This document shows, one piece after another, positions 1 to 10,640 of a stretch of 64,000 nucleotides of DNA; within the stretch, counting starts at the first letter, position 1; the number at the start of each line of letters is the position of its first letter. Origin of the DNA: an uncultured bacterium (GTDB lineage: Bacteria > Fidelibacterota > Marinisomatia > Marinisomatales > JACNKV01). The DNA is taken from positions 6,264 through 70,263 of the forward strand of contig CAYQZV010000009.1 in assembly GCA_964422145.1 (NCBI GenBank), in the 5' to 3' direction. The position numbers and the translations under genes are program-made. The notes under the pieces are model-generated. The model was not told the DNA's origin. It was given only the letters and a program-made list of their open reading frames with translations, and did no database searches.

Positions 1-1
1 C

Positions 2-340
2 CTTGCCGGCAAGAAAATCAATCAGCTTTCCAGCAATTTGGAATTATTCGATGAAATCAATTACCGCGCGGTATCTCTGGGATATCCGTTGTATACCGTC
101 GGAGCTTTATTTGCCGGAGCGATTTGGGCTGAACAAGCATGGGGCACATTTTGGAGTTGGGATCCGAAAGAAGTCGGAGCATTATTAGTATGGCTGTTTT
201 ATTCAGCAGTACTGCATGCCAGATATAATCGAGAATGGAAAGATGAAAAACTGGCGGTATTATCCGTTATCGGGACCATTACAATTTTTATCACCTTTTA
301 CGGGAATTACTTTTTCGGTGGATTACATGCTTACGCATAA
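2..340 (+). CDS. ccsA: cytochrome c biogenesis protein CcsA/ResC, C-terminal part (5' end lies outside the window)
   Basis: The frame is open from the window edge. It carries the Trp-rich heme-handling motif WGTFWSWDPKEVGALLVW, followed by hydrophobic helices and a C-terminal LHAYA. Confidence 0.8.
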   Translation, partial: LAGKKINQLSSNLELFDEINYRAVSLGYPLYTVGALFAGAIWAEQAWGTFWSWDPKEVGALLVWLFYSAVLHARYNREWKDEKLAVLSVIGTITIFITFYGNYFFGGLHAYA

Positions 341-388
341 ACAATCTGCAAATTGTTCTCACTAAATCAGTCATCATAGGAGTCAACT

Positions 389-1453
389 ATGGAACGTAAA
401 ATAGTTCATGTTGTCGGTACAGGTACAATCGGAGAACCTTTAATTGGTCTGCTCTGCGATTATCGCGACCAGTTGGGGATCGATGATATTACTTTTCATA
501 AAAATTCTGCATTAACCAGTGATAGCTCCAAAGTCGCCAGTTTGATCAAGCGGGGGGCTAGATTATCGGTGGATGAGAAGAAATTCAGTGATTTTAAAAA
601 TATCGGACTCGATCCGTCATTCAGCACTGAAGATGCAATTAAACGATCATGTGTTGTTATTGATTGTACGCCCAGAGGGATCGGCCATAAAAACAAGGAA
701 CGGTTTTACAGCAACTTCAGTGATGATGTCAAAGGATTCATCGCCCAAGGAAGTGAAGACGGCTTCGGGAAAAAATATGCTCGCGGGATCAATGATACTG
801 CATTGACCTCTGAAGATCAATTTATTCAAATCGTTTCATGTAATACGCATAACCTTTCCTGTGTCACTAAAACCTTGGCACTGGATACCAGTCCGGATAA
901 CTTAGCCGGCGGAAAGTTTGTTTGTATTCGGCGTGCAAATGATATCAGCCAGCCTGGTAGTTTCATCCCTGCACCGCAAGTTGGGAAGCACGGTCATCCG
1001 ACCTATGGAACTCACCATGCTGAAGATGCTGCTGATCTGTTCAGAACATTGAATTATGATCTGAATCTCTTTTCTTCTGCAATGAAAGTGAACAGCCAGT
1101 ACATGCATGTGGTTTGGTTTACATTAAATGTGAAAGAACCGACCACTTTGAATGAAGTAAAGGACAAACTTGTTGCCAATCCCTATGTAGCCATGTCTGA
1201 AAAAGACATGACCAGTACCGTTTTTTCATTCGGCAGGGATCAGGGACACTTCGGAAGAATTTTAAATCAAACGGTTGTGGTTGAACAAACTCTGAATGTC
1301 AGAAATGATCATGAAATCACCGGATTCTGTTTCACACCTCAAGACGGAAATTCGTTGTTAAGCAGTGTGTCAGCAGCTGAGTGGTTCTTATATCCGCATT
1401 CTTATCAAGATAAAATTCAATGTCTGTCAGAGTATTTTTTCCCGCGTATTTAG
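389..1453 (+). CDS. class II (archaeal-type) glyceraldehyde-3-phosphate dehydrogenase-like NAD(P) oxidoreductase
   Basis: N-terminal GTGTIG Rossmann motif. VIDCTPRGIGHKN, the active-site-like VSCNTHN, IRRANDISQ and THHAEDA match my memory of archaeal GAPDH blocks (VIDCTPEGIGAKN, VVSCNTTGL, VRRGADP, SHHGPDV). AGGAG Shine-Dalgarno site upstream. Confidence 0.6.
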   Translation: MERKIVHVVGTGTIGEPLIGLLCDYRDQLGIDDITFHKNSALTSDSSKVASLIKRGARLSVDEKKFSDFKNIGLDPSFSTEDAIKRSCVVIDCTPRGIGHKNKERFYSNFSDDVKGFIAQGSEDGFGKKYARGINDTALTSEDQFIQIVSCNTHNLSCVTKTLALDTSPDNLAGGKFVCIRRANDISQPGSFIPAPQVGKHGHPTYGTHHAEDAADLFRTLNYDLNLFSSAMKVNSQYMHVVWFTLNVKEPTTLNEVKDKLVANPYVAMSEKDMTSTVFSFGRDQGHFGRILNQTVVVEQTLNVRNDHEITGFCFTPQDGNSLLSSVSAAEWFLYPHSYQDKIQCLSEYFFPRI

Positions 1454-1494
1454 AAAAACCACATCCATATTTATGTTAGGAGGCTGACGAGATC

Positions 1495-2133
1495 ATGCCG
1501 TTAGTTGTTGAAAAGATCGTTGTAGGCCCATTTCAGGAAAACACGTATTTAGTGTTTGATTCTGAAAAGCAAGATGCTATTCTCATAGATCCGGGAGCAG
1601 AGAGTCAAAGAATAAAACAAGAACTGACTCAACGTCGACTCAATCTCCTTGCTATTCTCAATACCCATGCCCATATTGACCATGTTGGAGCGGTTGCTGA
1701 TCTCCAGAAAGAATTTGATGCCCCGTTTTATTTGCATGAGAAAGAAAGACGGATCCTCAATCAGTTAAATGATCATAGTGTTATGTTTGGGCTTCCAACG
1801 ATTCAGGAACCCAAAGTAACAAAGTGGATCACAACCGAAGAGGATTTGAAGATTGGTTTGTTCTCTGTTAACGTATTACATACGCCGGGACACACGCCCG
1901 GCGGTGTTTGTTACTTGGTCGACGGACATGGTTTCGTTGGTGATACACTCTTTAAAGGATCAGTGGGCAGAACCGACCTTCCGGGCGGATCATGGGAGAC
2001 CCTTGAACGATCTTTAAGACGGTTGATCAAGGATATCCCAAAAGACTTGACGCTTCACTCAGGACATGGGGTTGATACAACACTATCAGAAGAATTTGAA
2101 CACAATCCTTTTCTTTATCCGTTAGTGTCGTGA
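1495..2133 (+). CDS. MBL-fold metallo-hydrolase (hydroxyacylglutathione hydrolase-like)
   Basis: HAHIDHVG (HxHxDH) metal-binding motif and a later HTPGHTPG. About 210 aa, typical of GloB-like enzymes. GGAGG Shine-Dalgarno site upstream. Confidence 0.8.
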   Translation: MPLVVEKIVVGPFQENTYLVFDSEKQDAILIDPGAESQRIKQELTQRRLNLLAILNTHAHIDHVGAVADLQKEFDAPFYLHEKERRILNQLNDHSVMFGLPTIQEPKVTKWITTEEDLKIGLFSVNVLHTPGHTPGGVCYLVDGHGFVGDTLFKGSVGRTDLPGGSWETLERSLRRLIKDIPKDLTLHSGHGVDTTLSEEFEHNPFLYPLVS

Positions 2134-3527
2134 TGTCTCCAGACCATCCTGATCGGTTAAATGCTGATTCGTTTCTGAACCATTTTCAACAACATGATCT
2201 GATCTACAAAGATGACCATGTTCTGGTGGCAGTTTCAGGCGGAATGGACTCGATGGTCTTACTTCATTTAATGACAGAAATCGCTGACGTTTATCCACTG
2301 ACAATTTCGGTCGGACATGTTGATCATCACTTGAGAAAAGACTCTGCTTTAGATCGTGAATTTGTTCAAAGGACGTGTAACAAACTGAACATCCCAGTTT
2401 ATATTAAAGAGTTGAACCCCGAAGAAATGCCCAAAGGAAGCAGTGTAGAAAACTGGGCGAGAACCGAACGCTACTCAGCTTTAGAGGCGATCAGAAACCG
2501 CATTCAAGCGGATCGGATTTCAACCGCACATCATGAAAATGATCAGGTAGAAACTATACTCATGCACCTGGCAGGCGGGTGCGGTTTGAACGGATTAAGA
2601 GGAATTCAAGAGAAACGAGATCGAGTAATCCGTCCGTTGCTTACATTTTCTCGCAAGGATATTGAACAGTACACCAAACGATGGAAACTCCAATATCGAG
2701 AGGATAAAACAAACAAAAATATTTCGAATCCGAGAAACTTTATCCGGCATCAATTCGTAAAGCAATGGGAAGAAAACACGCCATCTTTAGGCAGAGGGTT
2801 TTCTCGAACCGCTGAGCATATGAATGACCTGACGGCTGGATTGGATTTTCTGATTCATAAAGTGACAAATGATCTCGTCAAAGATGTATCTTTAAATCGT
2901 TTGAAGATTCCGATTGAAGTCTTAGGTGACTATCCTGAAATTATTCAGGCGATGATAGTAAAAAACGTCAGCGAAGATCAATCAGTTTCATGGCGTCAGC
3001 ATCAATGGGAAGATGTAAAATGTTTCCTCCGAACTGCGACAACCGGACAGACGTTCACGTTAAGTAATCAATGGATTTGTTTGAGAGACCGAGATGATTG
3101 GATCTTCGAAAAAGATCAAACACCTGCTCAATTGGAAATCCACGCTGTTGAAGGAGAGAACATCAAAGTTGGAGACGCCACGTTTAAATGGGTGAGGATT
3201 CAGCAGGTTAAGGACACAAGACATGACCCGATGAACGAAGTCATTGACGGACGTTATATTCAAGATAAGAAATTGATGATCCGACCCTGGCGAGCAGGCG
3301 ATGTTTTCATCCCTCTGGGGATGAAAGGGAAAAAGAAAGTACACGATTTCTTAGTGGATGAAAAAGTCGATCTCTTTTCGAAAAACCGTCAATACGTTCT
3401 CACTGCTGATAATGAAATCATTTGGGTTATCGGCAGACGAATCAGCGATATCGTTAAGATCACTGAAAGAACCACGGAAGTTGTCAATCTGCAGTTCACG
3501 AAGAAGATTGAGGGAAACCAAAAATAA
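2133..3527 (+). CDS. tilS: tRNA(Ile)-lysidine synthetase
   Basis: PP-loop motif VAVSGGMDSMVLL near the N-terminus, with length and C-terminal domain typical of TilS. ATG at 2133 (GTG at 2130 is also possible) overlaps the upstream stop. Confidence 0.85.
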   Translation: MSPDHPDRLNADSFLNHFQQHDLIYKDDHVLVAVSGGMDSMVLLHLMTEIADVYPLTISVGHVDHHLRKDSALDREFVQRTCNKLNIPVYIKELNPEEMPKGSSVENWARTERYSALEAIRNRIQADRISTAHHENDQVETILMHLAGGCGLNGLRGIQEKRDRVIRPLLTFSRKDIEQYTKRWKLQYREDKTNKNISNPRNFIRHQFVKQWEENTPSLGRGFSRTAEHMNDLTAGLDFLIHKVTNDLVKDVSLNRLKIPIEVLGDYPEIIQAMIVKNVSEDQSVSWRQHQWEDVKCFLRTATTGQTFTLSNQWICLRDRDDWIFEKDQTPAQLEIHAVEGENIKVGDATFKWVRIQQVKDTRHDPMNEVIDGRYIQDKKLMIRPWRAGDVFIPLGMKGKKKVHDFLVDEKVDLFSKNRQYVLTADNEIIWVIGRRISDIVKITERTTEVVNLQFTKKIEGNQK

Positions 3528-3602
3528 AATGTGTAGATTTTCACCCGTGAATACATATAGAAAAATATATCATCTGTAATTTGGATAGAAAGAAATGCAA
3601 CA

Positions 3603-5669
3603 ATGAATAAAAAACCAAAGAATAAACCTACAAGATTTACTCCACCAAGGCGACCGCCGAAGAATAAAAAACCGAATGCGAAAAAACCAACTCCCCCCAA
3701 AGCCACATTTGAGTGGAAACGCGCAGGGAAAACGTCGATTATTTGGGTTGCGATCATTATGGGAGCTATTTTCTTATCCGGGTTATTTACCGAAGGACTG
3801 AATAAAGAAGTCGAATTAGACTACTTCCAGTATCGTGAATATTTAGAGAATAAGCATATTTCCGAAGGAAAAGTGGTTGATACCGTATTTCATGGTGAAT
3901 TTAAAGTCCCTCAAACCGTAACAACAAAAATGGGTGAAATTGAAAACATAAGTCATTTTTATGTTAATATACCCTTTATTGATCGGGAAGTGATGAACGA
4001 ATGGGATACCTATGAGATTAAATATACCTTTGAAGAAGAAAGGATCAATTGGACTGGGTATTTACTCAATATGCTTCCATGGATTTTACTGATCGGGTTT
4101 TGGTTGTTTATCATGCGTAGAATGCAAGGCGGCGGTGGCGGTGGAATGAAGTCGGTATTCAACTTTGGGAAAAGCCGCGCCAAACTTTGGGATTCGAATG
4201 TGAAAAAAGTGACATTCAAAGATGTCGCGGGATGTGTGGAAGCTAAAGAAGAGTTAAAAGAAGTCATTGCCTTTTTGAAACATCCGAAGCGGTTTCAACG
4301 TCTGGGGGCAAAAATACCGAAAGGTGTACTGTTAGTGGGACCTCCAGGGACGGGGAAAACCCTATTAGCTCAAGCGGTGGCCGGAGAAGCCAATGTTCCG
4401 TTTTATAGTTTAAGCGGGGCGGATTTTGTAGAAATGTTCGTTGGTGTGGGAGCTTCTCGTGTCCGTGATCTGTTTGAACAGGGAAAGAAAACGGCACCTT
4501 GTATCATTTTCATTGATGAGTTGGACGCAGTCGGTCGTCAGAGAGGAGCCGGATTAGGCGGAGGTCATGATGAGCGGGAGCAAACGCTTAATGCCCTTCT
4601 TGTAGAATTGGACGGATTTGAATCCAATCAAAATGTGATCGTCATGGCAGCGACGAACCGACCGGATGTTTTAGATCGTGCATTGCTGCGTCCGGGGCGA
4701 TTTGATCGTCAGGTGGTTGTAGACATCCCTGATATGCAGGGGCGGTTAGGCGTGCTGAAAGTCCATGCGAAAAAAATTCTGATGAATAAACGGAAGGTCA
4801 AACTCGAGGATATCGCCAAAGGAACTCCCGGAATGGTGGGCGCTGATCTTGCCAATATCGTCAATGAAGCAGCGCTGCTGGCTGCACGAAAGAAAAAGAA
4901 CGCGGTTGAAATGATCGACTTTGAAGAAGCGATCGATAAAGTGATGATGGGTGTTCAGCGTAAGAGTTTGATTTTATCCGAATCTGAAAAGAAAGTGACA
5001 GCCTATCACGAAGCCGGGCATGCTCTGGTTGCAACAAAAACTAAAGGAGCTGACCCGGTTCATAAAGTGTCTATTATCCCGCGTGGTCGGGCATTGGGGA
5101 TTACCATGCAGCTTCCCATCGATGAAAAACACGGCTATTCAAGAGAATATATCGAAGGGCGGCTATCTATCATGATGGGCGGAAGAGCTGCGGAACGATT
5201 GATCTTTAGTGAACTGACGACGGGTGCAGGAAATGACATTGAACAGGCAACGAAAATTGCCCGAAAAATGGTCTGTGAATGGGGAATGAGTGACTTACTG
5301 GGCCCGTTAAAATTCGGGAAGAACACTGAAGAAGTATTTTTGGGCAGGGACATTCAATCCCAGCGGGATTTTAGTGAAGTAACGGCTCGGATCATCGATG
5401 AAGAGATCGGAAGGATTGTACGAACTGCACAGAAGAAAGCAGAAGAAACTTTAAAGAAACACCAACCACTTCTTCACCGATTAGCTAAAGAATTGCTTGA
5501 ACATGAAACGATTGACGGAAAAGATCTTTTGAAGATCATCGATGGAAAATCATTGAGGAAAAAACCTGTTCAGAGGAGAAGAAAATCAGCTCCGAAAACC
5601 AAAAATGTTCAAACTAAGAAGATTCAAACAGCACCAAAACACGCTGATAGGAAACCACTAAAAAAATAA
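3603..5669 (+). CDS. ftsH: ATP-dependent zinc metalloprotease FtsH
   Basis: Walker [22 protein letters not shown] second region of homology, and zinc motif HEAGHA. It has two TM segments and Lys/Pro-rich N- and C-terminal tails. Confidence 0.97.
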   Translation: MNKKPKNKPTRFTPPRRPPKNKKPNAKKPTPPKATFEWKRAGKTSIIWVAIIMGAIFLSGLFTEGLNKEVELDYFQYREYLENKHISEGKVVDTVFHGEFKVPQTVTTKMGEIENISHFYVNIPFIDREVMNEWDTYEIKYTFEEERINWTGYLLNMLPWILLIGFWLFIMRRMQGGGGGGMKSVFNFGKSRAKLWDSNVKKVTFKDVAGCVEAKEELKEVIAFLKHPKRFQRLGAKIPKGVLLVGPPGTGKTLLAQAVAGEANVPFYSLSGADFVEMFVGVGASRVRDLFEQGKKTAPCIIFIDELDAVGRQRGAGLGGGHDEREQTLNALLVELDGFESNQNVIVMAATNRPDVLDRALLRPGRFDRQVVVDIPDMQGRLGVLKVHAKKILMNKRKVKLEDIAKGTPGMVGADLANIVNEAALLAARKKKNAVEMIDFEEAIDKVMMGVQRKSLILSESEKKVTAYHEAGHALVATKTKGADPVHKVSIIPRGRALGITMQLPIDEKHGYSREYIEGRLSIMMGGRAAERLIFSELTTGAGNDIEQATKIARKMVCEWGMSDLLGPLKFGKNTEEVFLGRDIQSQRDFSEVTARIIDEEIGRIVRTAQKKAEETLKKHQPLLHRLAKELLEHETIDGKDLLKIIDGKSLRKKPVQRRRKSAPKTKNVQTKKIQTAPKHADRKPLKK

Positions 5670-6505
5670 TGACATCTGACCAGTTTCAAAAGTGGAGAGG
5701 ACAGCCAAACTCTTCTGCTTTATTGATGGGGATTTTAAACGTGACCCCGGATTCATTTAGTGACGGCGGACAATTTTTAGCCTTGGATAAAGCCGTTCAG
5801 TATGCTTTGAAAATGGAAAAGGACGGTGCGGATATCATTGATATCGGAGGAGAATCCAGCCGGCCGGGAGCCAATCCGGTTTCAGCACAAGAAGAGCTTG
5901 ACCGCGTTATTCCCGTCATCCAAAAAATACGGGGACAGTCTAACATTTTGATTTCTATTGATACCACAAAAGCAGTCGTTGCAGATGAAGCGGTAAAAAA
6001 CGGGGCTTCATGGATCAATGATATAAGCGGGATGAACAGTGATCCAAACATGGTGAAAATCGCTCGTAAACATCATGTCCCGATGGTGGTCATGCACATG
6101 AGAGGGACTCCTAAAACCATGCAGGTTGATCCGAAGTATCATGATGTCATCCAAGAAATTTATGACTTTTTTAAAGAGAGACTCTTATTTGCGGAACAAA
6201 ATGGGATTGAGAAAGAACAGGTTATTTTAGATCCGGGAATCGGATTTGGAAAAACGGTTGATGATAATTTTACAATCATTCGAGATCTTGATCGTTTTTC
6301 ATCTTTGGGATGCCCTATTCTTGTAGGCCCTTCCAGAAAATCATTTATTGGTCAAACTCTCAAATTGCCCGAGAATGAACGATTGGAAGGAACGGCTGCT
6401 GCGGTAACCGCATCCATGATGAACGGTGCAAGAATTATTCGTGTTCATGATGTCAAAGAAATGAGCCGCGTTATAAAAATCACTGAAAAGATTATTCAAG
6501 AATGA
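5669..6505 (+). CDS. folP: dihydropteroate synthase
   Basis: GILNVTPDSFSDGG motif and a pterin-binding domain throughout. The start overlaps the ftsH stop (TAATG). Confidence 0.95.
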   Translation: MTSDQFQKWRGQPNSSALLMGILNVTPDSFSDGGQFLALDKAVQYALKMEKDGADIIDIGGESSRPGANPVSAQEELDRVIPVIQKIRGQSNILISIDTTKAVVADEAVKNGASWINDISGMNSDPNMVKIARKHHVPMVVMHMRGTPKTMQVDPKYHDVIQEIYDFFKERLLFAEQNGIEKEQVILDPGIGFGKTVDDNFTIIRDLDRFSSLGCPILVGPSRKSFIGQTLKLPENERLEGTAAAVTASMMNGARIIRVHDVKEMSRVIKITEKIIQE

Positions 6506-6548
6506 ATAGATGAGAATAAGTTAGGATTAACGTAATTTCACGCTAGTT

Positions 6549-7325
6549 ATGATTCTGTTCAAAATAGGATTTCTATCCGTAACACTTGTAGATGTGGTTG
6601 ACCTTTTGTTAGTCAGCTGGATATTCTACACCGTTTACCAGTACTTTAGAGGGACGCGTGCCGGACAAATGCTTGTCGGGCTGATCATTTTGTTGATCGG
6701 TTCATTTTTATTTAACGCATTTGGATTACGCGCTACTTCCTGGTTAGTCAATCAATTTCAAACGGTATGGGTTGTCGCATTTGTTATCTTATTCCAGCCG
6801 GAAATCCGACGATTACTTATTTATGTTGGGCAGCATAGATTCTTCCGCACTATTTTTCGGGTAGGAACATCCAAAACGATCGAGGCAATCGTTGAAACCG
6901 TCAATCAATTAACCGAGAAAAAATGGGGTGGATTGATCGTGATTCAGCGGGAAACCGGCTTACGGTCTTATAAAGAAGCAGGGATGCCGTTAAAAGCCGA
7001 AGTCACAGCTCCATTGCTGATATCGATCTTTAATCCGACATCTCCATTGCATGACGGCGCGGTAATCATCCAAAATGATATCATTGAAGCGGCTGCTTGT
7101 ATCTTACCTTTAACTGAACGAACTACGATCGATTCGAATATGGGAACGCGTCACCGTGCGGCTTTGGGCTTATCTGAAGAGACCGATGCCATAATCATTG
7201 TTATTTCAGAGGAAACTCAAAAAGTATCCATTGCAGAAGAAAATCGGTTTGTCCATATTGGATTGGATGAGATGGATCTTCGTAGGTACCTCAATGAACA
7301 ATTATTTATTTCATCCGGGGAATGA
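6549..7325 (+). CDS. cdaA: diadenylate cyclase CdaA (membrane-anchored DAC domain)
   Basis: Three N-terminal TM helices followed by DAC-domain motifs LHDGAVII and GTRHRAALG. Confidence 0.9.
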   Translation: MILFKIGFLSVTLVDVVDLLLVSWIFYTVYQYFRGTRAGQMLVGLIILLIGSFLFNAFGLRATSWLVNQFQTVWVVAFVILFQPEIRRLLIYVGQHRFFRTIFRVGTSKTIEAIVETVNQLTEKKWGGLIVIQRETGLRSYKEAGMPLKAEVTAPLLISIFNPTSPLHDGAVIIQNDIIEAAACILPLTERTTIDSNMGTRHRAALGLSEETDAIIIVISEETQKVSIAEENRFVHIGLDEMDLRRYLNEQLFISSGE

Positions 7326-7744
7326 CAAAAACGGATAAACAGCACTCCTTAGCTCGGCTGAAAGAGTTTTATAAAGATACAATGCTGACAGCGATCGGTA
7401 TTGAAGTGACGGATTTCGGGAAGGATTTTGTCTGTGGAAAAATGCCGGTAGACCATCGAACGATTCAACCTTACGGATTACTTCACGGCGGAGCCTCGGC
7501 GGCTTTGGCTGAATCGTTGGGCAGTATTGCCGCAGGACTTCAAATTGATCGCAGCTCCAAGTCTGTTGTGGGGATTGAAATCAATATCAATCATCTTAAA
7601 AGTGTAAAATCGGGTTGGGTTTTCGGAAAAGCAACTCCCATCAAAATCGGGAAACGTATTCATGTTTGGGAAATACGTATCAAGGATGACTCTGATCAAC
7701 TGATCAGCATCAGCCGGCTTACTTTAGCTGTCATTAATTCATAA
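7322..7744 (+). CDS. hotdog-fold PaaI/YdiI-family thioesterase, candidate 1,4-dihydroxy-2-naphthoyl-CoA hydrolase
   Basis: LHGGASAALAESLGS motif of the PaaI/YdiI family, 140 aa. It sits directly upstream of menF-menD-menB. ATGA overlap with cdaA. Confidence 0.7.
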   Translation: MTKTDKQHSLARLKEFYKDTMLTAIGIEVTDFGKDFVCGKMPVDHRTIQPYGLLHGGASAALAESLGSIAAGLQIDRSSKSVVGIEININHLKSVKSGWVFGKATPIKIGKRIHVWEIRIKDDSDQLISISRLTLAVINS

Positions 7745-7773
7745 CCTTCAACCAGCAATTCCTCTCCGAGAAA

Positions 7774-8937
7774 ATGAGTACAATTATTAGAGAGAATGTT
7801 TCGGATGTAAAATCGTTTTGGTCCGATATCATTTCGATGAATGGATCAATTGCCCTTTGGCGTTGTCCCCGAGAAAAATCAGTCTGTTGTATTGCTGATA
7901 TTTCAGGGATGGCACAAAAAGGACGGATCGATCTTCAGACAACCGCTCCCGGATTTATCATCAGCCCGTTTCTGAATCCTGAAGGAAATGAAACGTTATT
8001 CTTAAATCGTGATATTTATGCAGAGTATTCAGACGGTCAATGGATGATTCGTAATGGTGCTGAAAAACTTAATGCACAAACAAAGGACAACTCCAATCCT
8101 TATAATTACCATCTAAATGCACGTCCGGATACAGAAATTTCCGGGGAGAAACCGCATTTTATCGAAATGGTGGAAAATGCACTGATTTCGATTCAAGACG
8201 GAGAATTCGAAAAAGTTGTTTCTGCGAGGACTTTAGACGAAGCTTTACCCGATGATTTTGATGTCATTGATTATTTTTTCCAATTAGAACATACATACTC
8301 GGATGCTTTCGTGAGTTTGATCTCTATTCCGAACCGAGGGACATGGATTGGTGCAACTCCGGAACTTCTATTGGAATCATCTGAGAAACATTTTCGAACG
8401 GTGTCTGTAGCCGGGACTCAACCACTATCCATGGATAAAGATCTATCCGAAGTTGGATGGAATCAAAAGGAAATTGAAGAACAGGCTATGGTGAGTCGGT
8501 ATATTATCGATCAGTTTAAAACCATTCGATTACGCGAATTTACTGAAATGGGTCCGAGAACGGTACGGGCAGGAAATATGATCCATCTTAAATCGGAATA
8601 TCATGTGAATTTGGAAGAAGTTAACTTTCCTGAATTGGGAACGGTCATGATGAATTTATTGCATCCGACATCAGCGGTGTGCGGAATGCCGAAATTTTCT
8701 GCTCTGCGTTTTATTGCAGCATACGAGCATTTAAATCGAGAATTTTACAGTGGATATTTAGGTCCCGTAAATATGGATGGCATTTCGCGACTCTACGTAA
8801 ATTTACGTTGTATGCAAATTCTCAGAACCCGTGCTGTTCTCTACGCAGGAGCCGGGATTACTCATGATTCCATCCCTGAAAAAGAATGGGAAGAAACGGC
8901 ATTAAAATGCCAAACGCTGTTAAATGTGATGAGATAA
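7774..8937 (+). CDS. menF: isochorismate synthase
   Basis: Chorismate-binding domain C-terminal motifs (LHPTSAVCGMP, YSGYLGP, GAGIT) in a men-gene context. Confidence 0.85.
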   Translation: MSTIIRENVSDVKSFWSDIISMNGSIALWRCPREKSVCCIADISGMAQKGRIDLQTTAPGFIISPFLNPEGNETLFLNRDIYAEYSDGQWMIRNGAEKLNAQTKDNSNPYNYHLNARPDTEISGEKPHFIEMVENALISIQDGEFEKVVSARTLDEALPDDFDVIDYFFQLEHTYSDAFVSLISIPNRGTWIGATPELLLESSEKHFRTVSVAGTQPLSMDKDLSEVGWNQKEIEEQAMVSRYIIDQFKTIRLREFTEMGPRTVRAGNMIHLKSEYHVNLEEVNFPELGTVMMNLLHPTSAVCGMPKFSALRFIAAYEHLNREFYSGYLGPVNMDGISRLYVNLRCMQILRTRAVLYAGAGITHDSIPEKEWEETALKCQTLLNVMR

Positions 8938-8947
8938 ACTCTAAACC

Positions 8948-10603
8948 ATGATTTCAAAGGCAATACAAAATACGCAACACATCTATGCTCTCGTGGAGGA
9001 ATGTTATCAATACGGAGTGGAGAAAGCGGTTATTTGTCCAGGATCACGGTGTGCGCCTTTACTGATCGGATTTGGAAACCATCCGAAAATTGAGACCATT
9101 TCAATGACCGATGAACGTTCAGCGGGATATGTCGGACTTGGGTTGGCACAACAATCCGGAAAACCCGTTGCGATCGTATCCACATCCGGGACGGCTGCAC
9201 AAAATTTTATTCCCGCAGTTACAGAGGCTTATTACCAACAGGTTCCGTTGATTGTGCTGACCGCTGACCGCCCGCCAGAATGGATAGACCAGTGGGATGG
9301 ACAAACTATTCATCAGGATCACATGTTTGAACCCCATATAAAAGGGAGTTTCATATATACAGCTGATTCTTTGGATGTTAGCAGCCAAGCGTTCTCATTA
9401 GCCATTGAAGATTCAAAAGGCCCTATTCATTTTAATATTCCAATCTCAGAACCTTTTTACCCAAATCATTCTGATGAAATCACATTTGATTCTGTATTCC
9501 AAAAAGACACACCACAAAGAATGGATACCATAGATGAGTCTATATGGAGTGAATTTCAGTCGATTTTAGACTCATCCAATCAAGTCATGATTTTGAGCGG
9601 ACAATTGGAGCCGAACAAAAAACTTGTTCGATTATTAGATCAGATTGATATCCCGATTGTGAGTGATGTGATATCCAATTTACATGGATTGAAACGCAAG
9701 ATTACATCGGCTGATTTGATATTTCAAACACAAGGTTCGGAACTTTCACCGGATTTTCTGATCACAATCGGTCGTTCTATTTTATCTAAAAACTTCAAAT
9801 TGTATTTACGGAAACACAAACCTAAAGTCCATTGGCATATTGGATTGGGAAACATTGGAGACCCTTTTCAGTCTCTGTCAAAAATTATTCGTGTATCTCC
9901 TGAGTCCTTTTTCAAAACTTTTATGAAGAAAGCGATTCAATATCCTGACCAAAAAACGTATTCAAATCAGCTGTTAGATTTACAAAAAGAAGTAAAGAGT
10001 AAATTATGTGCGATGATAGAAGGGGAACATAACTCTTATCGTGCAGTTCAATTGATCCTTGAGAACCTCTCTGGCGGAAGCGTTCTGCATCTAGGGAACA
10101 GCATGCCGGTACGGATTGCGAATTGGATCGGAATAGATAATACGTCAGTTGATGTTTACTCAAATCGAGGAACTTCGGGTATCGATGGTGTATTGAGTAC
10201 AGCAGTAGGGCATGCATTGGCAGCACCGGAGAAACAGCACACACTGATCATCGGGGATCTTTCTTTCTTCTATGATCGAAATGCACTATGGTTAAATCAT
10301 GCCTTTCCTAATAATTTGAGGATTGTAATCTTAAATGACGGCGGCGGCGGGATTTTTGATATGATCAAAGGTCCGTCTGATCAAGGAGATCTACACCCAT
10401 TATTTACCGTACCTCATCAACGATCAGCTGAATTAACCGCAAAGGAATTTAACTTAAGCTATATGAAAACACATTCATTGCAGGAGTTAAATTCTATTTT
10501 AAAGATTAAGACTTCAGGGATCATCGAGTATTTTCCTCAAAATGATTTAAACAAAAATATATTTACAAAAATAAACGCAATAAATACAGTAGACTTACCA
10601 TAG
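8948..10603 (+). CDS. menD: 2-succinyl-5-enolpyruvyl-6-hydroxy-3-cyclohexene-1-carboxylate (SEPHCHC) synthase
   Basis: ThDP-enzyme architecture: CPGSRCAPL, TSGTAAQNF, and a C-terminal GDLSFFYD...NDGGGGIF ThDP motif. 551 aa, in a men context. Confidence 0.9.
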   Translation: MISKAIQNTQHIYALVEECYQYGVEKAVICPGSRCAPLLIGFGNHPKIETISMTDERSAGYVGLGLAQQSGKPVAIVSTSGTAAQNFIPAVTEAYYQQVPLIVLTADRPPEWIDQWDGQTIHQDHMFEPHIKGSFIYTADSLDVSSQAFSLAIEDSKGPIHFNIPISEPFYPNHSDEITFDSVFQKDTPQRMDTIDESIWSEFQSILDSSNQVMILSGQLEPNKKLVRLLDQIDIPIVSDVISNLHGLKRKITSADLIFQTQGSELSPDFLITIGRSILSKNFKLYLRKHKPKVHWHIGLGNIGDPFQSLSKIIRVSPESFFKTFMKKAIQYPDQKTYSNQLLDLQKEVKSKLCAMIEGEHNSYRAVQLILENLSGGSVLHLGNSMPVRIANWIGIDNTSVDVYSNRGTSGIDGVLSTAVGHALAAPEKQHTLIIGDLSFFYDRNALWLNHAFPNNLRIVILNDGGGGIFDMIKGPSDQGDLHPLFTVPHQRSAELTAKEFNLSYMKTHSLQELNSILKIKTSGIIEYFPQNDLNKNIFTKINAINTVDLP

Positions 10604-10640
10604 AGTAAAAATGCTGTAACAAGCTAAATAGGAGTGTGGG

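Noticed and set aside
3603-3740. Lys/Pro-rich N-terminal tail of FtsH (and a similar C-terminal basic tail at 5540-5666), considered as possible separate elements or repeats
   Set aside because: Both are in frame and continuous with FtsH. Basic low-complexity extensions are common on FtsH in FCB-group bacteria, and I see no sign of an independent feature.
3389-3757. 122-aa hydrophobic ORF on the minus strand spanning the tilS-ftsH junction
   Set aside because: Its Phe/Leu/Gly-rich sequence is simply the complement of the Lys/Pro-rich (AAA/AAG/CCN) N-terminal tail of FtsH. This is a compositional artefact.
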